A DNA stretch of 63,114 bases, the filler included, from Lophium mytilinum (Eukaryota), in the NCBI GenBank assembly GCA_010093605.1. It is 6 parts of 3 records of this genome, joined end to end, with 100 filler letters (N's around TTAATTAATTAA, not from the genome) between each part and the next. Parts side by side here need not be neighbours in the genome. Positions count along the whole stretch, not along the records: positions 1 to 14,574 come from MU004186.1; 5 more parts are not named here. The stretch is one strand, 5' to 3'. The notes beneath the pieces are model-generated. The model did no database searches and had not been told where the DNA came from. It saw only the letters and a program-made list of their open reading frames with translations. Made by a program: the position numbers and the translations under genes. Below, piece after piece: positions 1-11,379 of this stretch. Each line of letters opens with the position of its first letter. The stretch's first letter is position 1.

Positions 1-95
1 AACCCTAACCCTAACCCTAACCCTAACCCTAACCCTAACCCTAACCCTAACCCTAACCCTAACCCTAACCCTAACCCTAACCCTAACCCTAACCC
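1..95 (+). repeat. Telomeric repeat (CCCTAA)n / (TTAGGG)n, left chromosome end
   Basis: About 16 perfect CCCTAA units from base 1, ending abruptly at ...aaccc|cgtgctagc. Confidence 0.99.
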
Positions 96-114
96 CGTGC
101 TAGCGGGCGACCAA

Positions 115-600
115 TAGTACAGTATAGAAACATCGAGTAAAATTTCGTTACGCGTACTGTATACTTACTAGTAAGCGTATAGTATAGAAGCATCTACTAA
201 AATCTATAAACGCGTACTATATACCTATAAGTAAGCGTATAGTATAGAAGTATCTACTTAAATTTTATTATGCGTACTATATACCTACTAGTAAGTATAT
301 AGTATAGAAGTATCTACTAAAATCCCTAGATGCGTACTATATACCTACTATTAAGCGTATAGTATAGAAATATTTAGTAAAATTTTATTAGGCATACTAT
401 ATATATTTATCTTAGTATATACTATAGAAATATTTATTAAGGCTTTATTAGGTGTACTCTATACTTATATATTAGTATATAGTATAGAAACATTTTTATT
501 AGTCTTATTAGGCGTACTATATATCTATATACTAGTATATAGTATAAAATACTTCTTTAAATTCTATTAAGTATATATCTATTTTAATATATATTATAGA
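115..600. repeat. Telomere-adjacent tandem array of ~8 x 60-bp units, each carrying a ~30-bp imperfect palindrome
   Basis: agtatagaa recurs at 121, 181, 241, 301, 361 and 481, with variants at 421 and 541 (period 60). 155-184 (tactgtatacttact|agtaagcgtatagta) pairs at 12 of 15 positions, and the mismatches are transitions. Confidence 0.93.
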
Positions 601-769
601 AATATTTTAAATTATAGTATAGTATTCTTACTAGAAGGCTTTTTATAGAGATTCTTTTAATTATAAATTTATATATTTTTTTTATATATATATATTATAC
701 TAATATTTTTTATAGGGCCTTTATAGAAAGCCTTTCTATAGTAACCCTTATATTACTATAAAAGTAATT

Positions 770-3700
770 ATACTTTCTACTTACTATACTTCTAATATAC
801 TTCCCCTACTATAATCTAAATTAAGTAAGTATAAATAAGTTTCTATTATATATCTCTCTATACTTCTAATAAAAATAATAGTTTTTATCCCCCTCTCTTA
901 TCTCTATCTCTCTTTTTCCCTCCTCTAATACTTTTTCTAATACCCTCTTTCTTCTCTCTAATACTTCTTCTAACTTTATTACTATTAACCGCGTATACTT
1001 TTCTTTTACTATCTTTTTTCTAACTATATACCTTACTATTACTACTACTCTATTCTTCCCCCCTACTCTACTTTCTAGAAATAAACTACTTACTATAGAT
1101 AGCCCCGGCGCTAGCGTACTTAGCGCTGCCTACTAATACTCTAGCTATAGTAGCCCTAGCTTACTTACTAGCGCTAGTACCCGCGCCGCTATACTACCTA
1201 GTAGCTATACTATAGCGTTCTTAAAACCCTCTACTATTTTCTACTACTTCTTTATAGATATAGACTTATATATAGCGGGTAGCTATTTCTATATATAGCT
1301 AGAGTACTACCTCCCTTACTATAGCTATATAAGCCGCTTTCTTTAATAGATAGAGTATAGTATAGCTACTAAAAAGAGTATTCTCTAGGCGGTGTAAGGC
1401 TAGTAATAGCTTAGTAGAAAAGTAGGTGCTAGTTTTAAACTTAGTAAAGATTAAAATAGAAATTTTAGAGGCTTAGTAGAATTCTATAAAAATACTAGTA
1501 AAGTTTTTCTAGAGTTTCTTAAAAGTAGTAGTAGTAGAAGTTAAAGTTAAAGTATATTTTTTAGTTTTACTAGGGGTAGAGACTATACCTAAGGCTTTAA
1601 AAGAGAAGAAAAGAGTAAGGCTAAAAGTAGAGATAGCTTCTTTAGCTTCTTTCTTAGAGGTAAAGGGGCTAGTAGTAGTAAGAGAGTAGAGGGAGCTAGT
1701 AGTATAGAGAGTTAAAGTATAGTTTTAAAAGAGTAGAAAGGTATTACTATTAAATAAAAAGATAGATTAAAAAATAGTAAGGGCCTAGTAGTACTAAATA
1801 AAGAGCTAGGTATTTACTAATAAGTATATAGAGATAGAGATAGATTAAAAAGTAAATTAGGCTTAGACTCTAGTAGTAGTAATAGTAGCTTTATACTACT
1901 TTTTAAACTTATTAATACTAAGAAGATTTTATAGCATACTTAGGGTACCTAAAATAGAGCCTCTATATATCTAATCTATTAATAGCGGGGTAGAGTTCTA
2001 ACTACTAAGGGGAGCTATAACCTCTATCTTTCTTTTCTTTTTAAAGCTAGAAAGTAGTATAGTAATTAAGCTTAGTATAAAGAAAGAATAAGAATAATTA
2101 TTACTACCTACGCTAGTATATATATAAGGTTAAAGGCTAGCCTAAGAAGGCTAAGATAGAGTACTAGTTTAATCTATATAAGCTAGGGTAGCTATAGCTA
2201 CTCTACTAGAAGTTATTCTTTAGTACTTAAATAGAAGAGACTCTATATTTATGCATAGCGGGCTAAGTTTATAAGAGGTAAAGTATATTATAGCTTATAG
2301 TTATATAATAGAGCTAGAGCCTATTTTAATTTCTATCTCTTAAATAATCTACTAAACTTTATACTCTTTACTATCTATTAGTAAATTTAAGCTAAAGTAT
2401 AAAAGTCTTATTATAGTATAATAACCTTTATATAAGAAGGCGGCGTATTAGATAATTTCTAGTTAGCCTTTTAATATCTATATTATAGTAGATAACGCTA
2501 GCATAGTAACTATACCTTAAAGTAGCTTTCTTTCTATAATATCTATAATTTTAGGGCTCGCAAGTTAGTAACACAGTAGTAGTAGTAATAGAAGATAAAT
2601 CTTTAGATTTTACTATAGTAGTAAAGGGTAAACTAGTACTATTACTAGGGGTTAGGTCTAGAGGCTCCGCTATAGTAGAAGAAGATAAGACTAATAGTAG
2701 AAGAGTAGAAATAAAGCTATTAAAGAAGAAAATAAGAGTAAGATAAAGTAAAAGAGTAAAGCCTATTAGATAATTTCTATATAGGTAGTATAGAGAGCTA
2801 GAGTATAGTTCTAGAAAAGTAAAAACGCGTTGCTATTAAAGGAGAAGATAGGTTAGAGAATAGTAAGAGCCTAGTAGCGCTAGATAAAAAGTTAGGTATT
2901 TACTAATAAGCGCGTAGAGATAGAAATAGATTAGGGCGCTACTACTTCTATTTAAGGTTTAGATTTAGAAGTAGCTTAGGCTCTACTACTTCTACTCTCT
3001 AGCTATAGCCTTAAACCTTATTTATATAGCCCTTACCTTCTTCTCTTTTATATTAATCTATAAGCGTAAGAGCTTCTTATTCTTAGAATTATTCTTAAAA
3101 AACTTATAGTATCTAGGCTACTTATAAGGCCGGGCTTAATCTTAATACTAGGCTTAATCTTTATATTAACTTTATTAGCTAGTTTAGGCTTAATATTAAT
3201 ATTAGACTTAAAAGGTAGGGCGCTATCTCTAGTAGCTTAAAATAGAGAGTTAGTATAGTTATAGAGAGTTTAAGACTTAGTTATAGTAGGCTGCATATTA
3301 AGAGTAGTATTAGTAGGCGTACCTAGGCTATTACTAAAGAGGGAACCTCCGTTTTAATTCTAGATAGTTGTAAGAAGTACTTCTCTCTAGGTATAGATGT
3401 AGGTAGAGTTAGTAGTATTCTCTATAGTAAGCGGTTTAGTTATATAGGGTTAGTCTATATTAGCTAGCTTAGAAGTTATTTTAGAAATAAATAATAAAAA
3501 CTTCTCTCTAGTATTTTATGCAGTAAAATCCGCGGTATTACTAGATATATTAGGGTTAAGAAGAGGGTCCTAAGTAATAGTATCTAAGCCTATTAGTATA
3601 CCTATTATAGTAGTACTATTCTTAGTATACTACTCTTTTAAGTTAGTTATATAGATATTTCTATAGCCTACTAGCTTTAAAACTTTATATACTATTAAAC

Positions 3701-3800
3701 TATCTCTCTAAAGTACTTTAAATATAATTAAGAGTCTCTTCTATACTAGTTCTAGCTATTAGTTTACCTATAGCTATAGTATAGAGAGAAATAAGCTAAA
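770..3800 (-). pseudogene. Probably three RIP-destroyed minus-strand genes of unknown function (~3780-2950, ~2750-1900, ~1680-770)
   Basis: Minus-strand frames with RIP-type stops: IKPE/VKIE-like repeats near 3130-3200 and an E/K/R-rich helical stretch near 890-975. TATA-like plus CT-rich leaders lie upstream (TATATAA ~3860-3866; duplicated leader 1699-1847/2785-2933). No family recognised. Confidence 0.35.
1699..2933 (-). repeat. 149-bp direct repeat pair (1699-1847 and 2785-2933), putative duplicated promoter/5'UTR
   Basis: Ungapped alignment gtagtatagagag...ggtatttactaataag...tagatta at offset 1086. The minus strand reads GTAAATA followed by a CT-rich tract. Confidence 0.8.
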
Positions 3801-5299
3801 AAAGTAAGAAAAAAAAGAAAGAGTAAATTAGGCGGGCGCTAAAGTAATGCAGGGTATAGTTATATAAACTATATATTATAGAGACCTACTAGTCCTGCCT
3901 AAGGTAAAATATATATATAGTATNNNNNNNNNNNNNNNNNNNNNNNNNNNNNNNNNNNNNNNNNNNNNNNNNNNNNNNNNNNNNNNNNNNNNNNNNNNNN
4001 NNNNNNNNNNNNNNNNNNNNNNNNNNNNNNNNNNNNNNNNNNNNNNNNNNNNNNNNNNNNNNNNNNNNNNNNNNNNNNNNNNNNNNNNNNNNNNNNNNNN
4101 NNNNNNNNNNNNNNNNNNNNNNNNNNNNNNNNNNNNNNNNNNNNNNNNNNNNNNNNNNNNNNNNNNNNNNNNNNNNNNNNNNNNNNNNNNNNNNNNNNNN
4201 NNNNNNNNNNNNNNNNNNNNNNNNNNNNNNNNNNNNNNNNNNNNNNNNNNNNNNNNNNNNNNNNNNNNNNNNNNNNNNNNNNNNNNNNNNNNNNNNNNNN
4301 NNNNNNNNNNNNNNNNNNNNNNNNNNNNNNNNNNNNNNNNNNNNNNNNNNNNNNNNNNNNNNNNNNNNNNNNNNNNNNNNNNNNNNNNNNNNNNNNNNNN
4401 NNNNNNNNNNNNNNNNNNNNNNNNNNNNNNNNNNNNNNNNNNNNNNNNNNNNNNNNNNNNNNNNNNNNNNNNNNNNNNNNNNNNNNNNNNNNNNNNNNNN
4501 NNNNNNNNNNNNNNNNNNNNNNNNNNNNNNNNNNNNNNNNNNNNNNNNNNNNNNNNNNNNNNNNNNNNNNNNNNNNNNNNNNNNNNNNNNNNNNNNNNNN
4601 NNNNNNNNNNNNNNNNNNNNNNNNNNNNNNNNNNNNNNNNNNNNNNNNNNNNNNNNNNNNNNNNNNNNNNNNNNNNNNNNNNNNNNNNNNNNNNNNNNNN
4701 NNNNNNNNNNNNNNNNNNNNNNNNNNNNNNNNNNNNNNNNNNNNNNNNNNNNNNNNNNNNNNNNNNNNNNNNNNNNNNNNNNNNNNNNNNNNNNNNNNTA
4801 TATACTAATAGTATAGATATAATAGAGTAGTATTAGAATATAATTGCCCTCCCTAACTATATAAACTATAGTAGATAAAACCGCCCCCTATAATATAGAT
4901 AAATAAAATAAATATTATATTATATATAAAATATATAAGGTATAGTTATAGTAGTAAATATTACGCTATATTCTATAGTTAAGTAAGCCGCTATCTAGAG
5001 GCTAAATATAAACTAGAAGATTTTAAGGGTATAAAGTATACTACTACTATAGAGTAGTACTAACTATTAAAGAGTAGAGAATAGAACACAAGTAAGAAAT
5101 TAGAATAGTAAAAAGTTAGTAGTACTAAGTAAGTAGGTGTAAACTAATAGTAAGAAAAGTAGTCCTAATTAGAACTATTAGAAAGAAAAAGAAAAAGATA
5201 TTAAGAGATGCTAAACTAAATCTAAAAAGTAGAGTAAGGGCCTCTATAGAAAGCCTTTCTATAAAAACCCTACTAGTTATACCTTACTATTAGACTTCT

Positions 5300-8200
5300 C
5301 TAGCGCTATACTAGTCCCCTCTAATTTACTACTATTTTCTTTACTATTAGAGTTAGTATCTACACCTAATGCCGCGGGCAGTTAGCTAATATTAGAATTA
5401 TTCTTCCGCCTGCGTAGGTCTATTTTTAGTCTAGTAGAGTTTAAAGACTTCTATATAGTAGCTTTCTTCTTAGTAGCCTTTCTTTTATACTAAGGGCGCT
5501 ATTTAGTAATCTCTTTCTCTATTATATACTTATATAGATAATATATAAGGAATTTAGATATAGAGTCTTTCTTAGCTACTTTATTCTTCTTTATAGTAGG
5601 CTTCTTTTTTACGCCTTAGCGCTTCTAACTCTTATTAGTATTACTAGAGGATATAGTCTTTAAGGTTAGCTATAAGGCTCCTTCTATAAATTCTAGCGGG
5701 TTATCTAAGTTACTACTATAGTTACTGTTACACTTAAAGGCAACTTTAGATAGTATAGTAGTAAAATCTAGGTAATTATTAAGATACCCCCTATTTTACT
5801 TATTAGTCTTAGACGGGATATTCTCTATATTAATGTTAGGGGTTTTAATATTCTTCTTATTCTACTTATTACTCTTAGTCTAGTTATTATCTATATTAAT
5901 ATTAGCTTTTAGTAGTAAATAAAAAACTAAATTATCTATAGAATTCTATAAGAAGATAGTAGAAATTCTGCGCTACCTCTTCTTCTATATATTAGGTAAT
6001 AAGATAGAGTCTATAGAAGGGGTTCTAATAAGGCGTCTATTAAAGGTACTAAGAGGGCTAGAAGATAGAGTTAAAGTAAGTTAATAGGCGGAAGTAGAAG
6101 CTACTATAATAGTTAGTACTTAAGTAATATAATAGGTAATGCTAAAGGGCCCTAGTAGAAAGGCTTTCTAAAAAGGCCCTAGAATAAATTCTTATCTATA
6201 TACTTTATAAGAAATAAAGTATTATTTTTATACTCTTTACCTTTAGAGTTATTACTATTTAGCCTACTAAAAGGGTTATTACTATCTATATTACTAAAAA
6301 TAGCGGGCACTTAATATAAAGAGTTATACTCCGGCCTATATTAATAGATAAAAGAGCTATAAGTATTTCTAGTAGTGCTTTTTATAGGGGTAGGCATATT
6401 AGATTTAGTAGAATCTAAGTCTTTAACTATAATAGTAGACTTAGAGTTAAGCTTATACTTCTTAATAATAGCTACTAGTATAGTACTAGCTTTACGCTTC
6501 TACTTTAAAGCTTTACTATTTTATTACTCTAGCGTCTTTAGCTTTAGCTTTAGGGTAGCTTTTACTATAAAATATAGATTAGTAAAGTATAAAGAGGTAA
6601 GTAGGGCTCTAGTAGAAAGCCTTTCTACTAGAACCTATAAGAGTAAACTTACTACTTACAGGATAATACTTAAGCCTTAAACCTAGCTTATTAATATATA
6701 GTTTCTTAGGCGCTCTACTTATACCCTTCTTCTACTCTTCTTCTAATTCTAATTTAGTAAATTTATACGCTTATTCTTCTTAGAACTTATTACTAAACCT
6801 ACTAGACTAAAAAGTTATATTGCCTTGCATAAGGGTTATTAGAAATATAAGAATATTTTATAGAGAGTTAAAGTACTTAATATATAATTCTACTAGTATA
6901 TTTAAAATATCTAGTTTACCTATAATAAGGCGGGGTATAATACTCTTATTATTATAGGTTATCTATATATACTAGCTATCTAGAGTTAGCTTTTTCTTAA
7001 AGGTTTCCTCTACTTTAATCTAGTTAGTATTTAATATAGTAGCAAGACTAGAAAGCGCTATCTATACCTAGCGTAAGAGAGTAAAGGTATTAAATATATC
7101 CTAGATAAAGAATATAGTTACTATAATAGTAAACTTCTAGCTAATCCTATATAAATGCGCTATTATCTACTTCTTAATCTAAATAGAGTCTATAGGGTTA
7201 AAAAGATATATATTATAATAAGTAGACTATAGATTAAGCCTAGCTCTATTAGCCTAGTAACTAGTAATAAGGATCTTTACTTTAGAGTTAGGGTTATTAA
7301 ATAATAAAATAAGGTTATTCTAGTTAGTAGTAGAGAGATTAGAGGCTAATATATAAGTATCTATTTTATAATAGTTAATAATCTTAGTAAGAATTATTTA
7401 CTTATTTAGATAGTTAGTCTAGATAATAACCTTCTCTATATACTTAATAATATTATTGGCTAAATAGTATAGTAGTATAGCTACTTTAGAGGCATTATAA
7501 ATAAAAAGGGCAATAATATAATAAAAGAGTGTAGACTTTACTTTAAAGTCTTTCTAATTAGGGTTAGTTTAGATATTCTTATTCCGGGTAATTTACTTTA
7601 TTATACCTTATAAAACGTCTATTTTCTTTAACTAGTAACTGCTATTATTCTTAAGAGGAATAATTTTTAGGCTATTCTTAATCTTATTACCCTTTAAATC
7701 TAAGACCTTCTCTTATAGATATACTATTATAGCGCGCTTAGAGTAGACTAAAAATAGTGTAGTACTTATAAGATTAAGAGTATATATAGAGCATATATTA
7801 AATATATAAATGCGCTAGCCTATATAGTTCTTAGTAGAAACTATTAATAACTTAAGATAGCTTAGTAATTTATTAGTATAGATAATATAGCCTAGTTTTA
7901 TTAGCTATAGCTTAATTACTTGCGTAACTAACTATAAAAGTAATCCTCTAATTTAGGTAGTAGAATTAGTAGAATTATTTAGGTATATAGAAGGGTATAA
8001 GTAAGTAATTATATACTTACTAAAAATTAAGCATAAATAAAGCCCCTATATAATGCTAGAGAAATATTAGAAAATTAAAGTAAATAAGAGGAGAGATAAG
8101 AGCCCTAGCTAGAAGCCTTTCTACTAGGGCCCTTTATATAATAACTTACAAGTTAAATAAAGGTAGAATAAAATTTTTAAAAGCCTTATATATACTAGAA

Positions 8201-11030
8201 AATTATACCTAAATAGTTATTAGAAAGCTTAAATAGATTATTAGTACCTAGAATAAACTTAGCTTTACTAGGTTTTAAGTAGTATATATAGAATTATAGA
8301 TACTTATCTCTTAGTTCTATAAAAGATATATAAGTAGGTATATTAGTAATACCTATATATAGTAGGGTTCTACTATAGAGTATAGTAAAGTCTAAGTAAA
8401 GCTATAAAGTAGTTAGATAGAGGTTTACTTAGTTGCTTTTAATAAGCTAGCACTTATCTATAAATTAGACGTTAAAATAGCTACTTAAGAGACCGGGCTA
8501 GGTAGAGCTTAAATAATATTTAATCTAGTTCTTTAGCTTAGTAAGATTATTATTACTATACTACTTTAATGCGGGCTAGGGACTATGCTAACTAGCTATT
8601 ACCTAATAGCTGGCAATTATAATACTTTTAGTATTTGCCTTATTTTTAGTATTAAATAAGGGATAGTCCCTAGTTAAGGTATTATATAGAAATATAGCGC
8701 TATAGAAAGTAACTTAGCCCTTTAATAAATAGATATAGAGCTTAAGTTTAGAACTAAACTTTATAAGTTTATTTACTATTTAGTATACTAAAATAGAAGG
8801 TATAAGAAAAAGAAAGGGCTTTACTAGCTCTAAGTCTTTCTTATCTATAACTTTACGCTAGCGCTTAGTAATAAGCTATAATTAAATTAGTAGATACTAA
8901 AAGAAACTATTAGAGAAGTAGTAGAAAGGCTTTNNNNNNNNNNNNNNNNNNNNNNNNNNNNNNNNNNNNNNNNNNNNNNNNNNNNNNNNNNNNNNNNNNN
9001 NNNNNNNNNNNNNNNNNNNNNNNNNNNNNNNNNNNNNNNNNNNNNNNNNNNNNNNNNNNNNNNNNNNNNNNNNNNNNNNNNNNNNNNNNNNNNNNNNNNN
9101 NNNNNNNNNNNNNNNNNNNNNNNNNNNNNNNNNNNNNNNNNNNNNNNNNNNNNNNNNNNNNNNNNNNNNNNNNNNNNNNNNNNNNNNNNNNNNNNNNNNN
9201 NNNNNNNNNNNNNNNNNNNNNNNNNNNNNNNNNNNNNNNNNNNNNNNNNNNNNNNNNNNNNNNNNNNNNNNNNNNNNNNNNNNNNNNNNNNNNNNNNNNN
9301 NNNNNNNNNNNNNNNNNNNNNNNNNNNNNNNNNNNNNNNNNNNNNNNNNNNNNNNNNNNNNNNNNNNNNNNNNNNNNNNNNNNNNNNNNNNNNNNNNNNN
9401 NNNNNNNNGTGCGCTTAGTATATATAATTACTAACTTAAGCTTCTATTTTATAGTGCCGGTAATATACTTAGTGCTAGTAACATTAATATTATCTTTCTT
9501 CTTATTAACTAGGTTTATAGTAATTTCCTCTTTAGATAACCCCTAGATAGAGTTATCTGCGTTAACCTCTATATTAATAGCCGCGAGTTCCTCCTTAGTA
9601 AAATAAGAGGGCGACTACTAATAGAGAGGCCTAGAAGGGCCTTAATAGAAAGGCTTTCTATTAATATTCTTACTACTATAAGTAATAGTTTTAGCTAGAG
9701 TCTTAGGTACTAGTACTAGACTAAGCTTTATTTTTTAAAGAATATTCTATATCTTAATTTAGTTCTTAGTATAGGTAGTTCTACTAGCTTAAGATAGGCT
9801 ACTCTTAAATTCTATATTTTTCTTTAATTTAAAGAAGATTCTAAGCGCTTTATTATTAGTAATATTAGCGTAGTTATATAAAAACCTACTAAACCGCTTC
9901 TAGTAGTAATTAAAGCATTAACTAATAAATTAAGCTACCTAATCTATAGGTTTATAGTTATCTATCTTAGGCTAAGAAGTAGTATATCGCTATAGATTAT
10001 GCAACTCGCTAGTCTTAAAAGCATTTAGAATAGTAGTAAAACTAGCCTCTTAATTCTAACTATATATAGCGCGCTTTAGGTCTAAATATCTATCCTTATA
10101 CTTATTCTAAATTACTTAGAAATTAGGCTTAGCTAGAATTACTTTAAGTTCTACTTTTATTTAACTATAAAGCTTAGCTAACTTTATTCTACTAATATAT
10201 AGTATATTTACTAAGGCCTATAACTTCTCTAACTCTTTATCTTTTCTACTACTAGTAACTAGCGCTTAAAGCTTCTCTTACTCTTTATTAGAGTTCTTAG
10301 GGATATTAGAGTTATTACTATAGTTATTACTATCTAGATAAACTACTTTACTATTTACTAATATAAGCGTCTCTAGATCTATTATAGTAGCCGGCTAATT
10401 GCGCTTTAAATTAATATAGGCATTAACCCCTAATTTAATAACTAGTAGAGAGGTAGAATATAGATCTTCTAGTATTTTAGAAGAAGTAGATTATTTCTTA
10501 TAGCTATCTACTAGGTTAGTTATAGATAATATGCGTAGGAATATAACCTTTACTACTACTTTACTAGGGTCTCTATTACTTAAGGTATTTATAGCTAGCC
10601 TATTAATATATTAGCTTATCTTAAATAATAGAAAAAAGAAGGCAGGTAAAGAGCCCTAGTAGAAAGGCTTTCTACTAAGACCCTTTATACTATACCGGGT
10701 ATTTTTAGTATTATTATTTTCTTAATATTTTCTACTACCGCATCTTTAAAATTAAGGTAGACTAATCTACTAAGACTAGTAAAGGGCCCTAGCAGGAAGC
10801 CTTTCTATAATAATTCTTATAATACGCTTACCTTACTCTACTCTTAGAGAAATTATAATAGAATAAACCTATTAGTAGAATTAGCTATAATATAACTTAA
10901 TTTTACCTACTAGATAGTAAACTTACTAAAAGGCTTAACTGCTAGCTAAAAAGATGCCTAAAATAGGCTAATTGCAGCTCTAATATAGCTAGAAAGCTGC
11001 TAACTATTATCTAGTAAGTAAGAAACTAGC
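5300..11030 (-). pseudogene. SNF2/SWI2-family (SF2) helicase/ATPase relic, intron-containing, copy A
   Basis: RIP-reversed minus-strand translation gives motif II FVDECQLIK (8432-8464), motif III LYSGTP (~8363-8380), SKVATLL...EKVII(W)TNYP (~7405-7495) and motifs V-VI FNDPNSKVKILITSY..AGLNLQ..C..V.LFDP.....EKQ.IARLYRIGQ (~7135-7305). Motif I lies in the gap here but is visible in copies B and C. Confidence 0.88.
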
Positions 11031-11142
11031 GCGCAACTATTCCGCAGGTAGCTAGATAAGTAGAAGTAATAGAGGTATAGTAGTATAGAAGAAGAGGTTA
11101 GTATAGAAGTAAGAAAGTTAAAGCTACTAGGTAGTAAATAAG

Positions 11143-11173
11143 TTTATAGGCGGCCGGGCTAATAGCCGCCGGC
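11143..11173 (-). promoter_or_regulatory. Putative SNF2-gene promoter: GC-rich inverted repeat directly upstream of TATAAA
   Basis: Copy B 45303-45336 reads tttata-g-GCGGCCGG-gcta-a-tagc-cg-CCGGCCGC; the same structure is at 58867-58900. On the minus strand the hairpin is followed by TATAAA and a CT-rich leader. Confidence 0.5.
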
Positions 11174-11379
11174 TACTAAGATGCTAAGTCTTTAATAGTA
11201 AACTACTTAAGTTAACTCTTAAGATTAATATACTAGCTATATATTATATAAGGTTAAAATATTATAGGTATAAATATATTAGCGTTTTACTTAATTTTAC
11301 TAATATATAAGTATTTATAGTTAATCTATAATACTATACTATATATTATCTAGTTCTAGTAATATAGTACTACGCTAAA

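Noticed and set aside
115..600. CRISPR-like repeat/spacer appearance of the 60-bp array
   Set aside because: The spacers are homologous to each other, the context is a eukaryotic telomere and no cas genes are present.
1270..1365. Possible Zn2Cys6 cluster (PCSIC...CSSC...C after RIP reversal, minus strand)
   Set aside because: Every Cys depends on reversing TAY codons, and the third canonical Cys cannot be recovered.
6375..6680. Supplied + strand ORF, 101 aa
   Set aside because: Antisense to the SNF2 relic and spans one of its introns; the I/L/Y/S/K-rich composition is a RIP artefact.
5300..11030. RecQ-type telomere-linked helicase (TLH) call suggested by position
   Set aside because: The motifs read as SNF2 (DE.G.GK, SGTP, GLNLQ, R..RIGQ), not RecQ (PTG.GKS, TAT, GRAGR).
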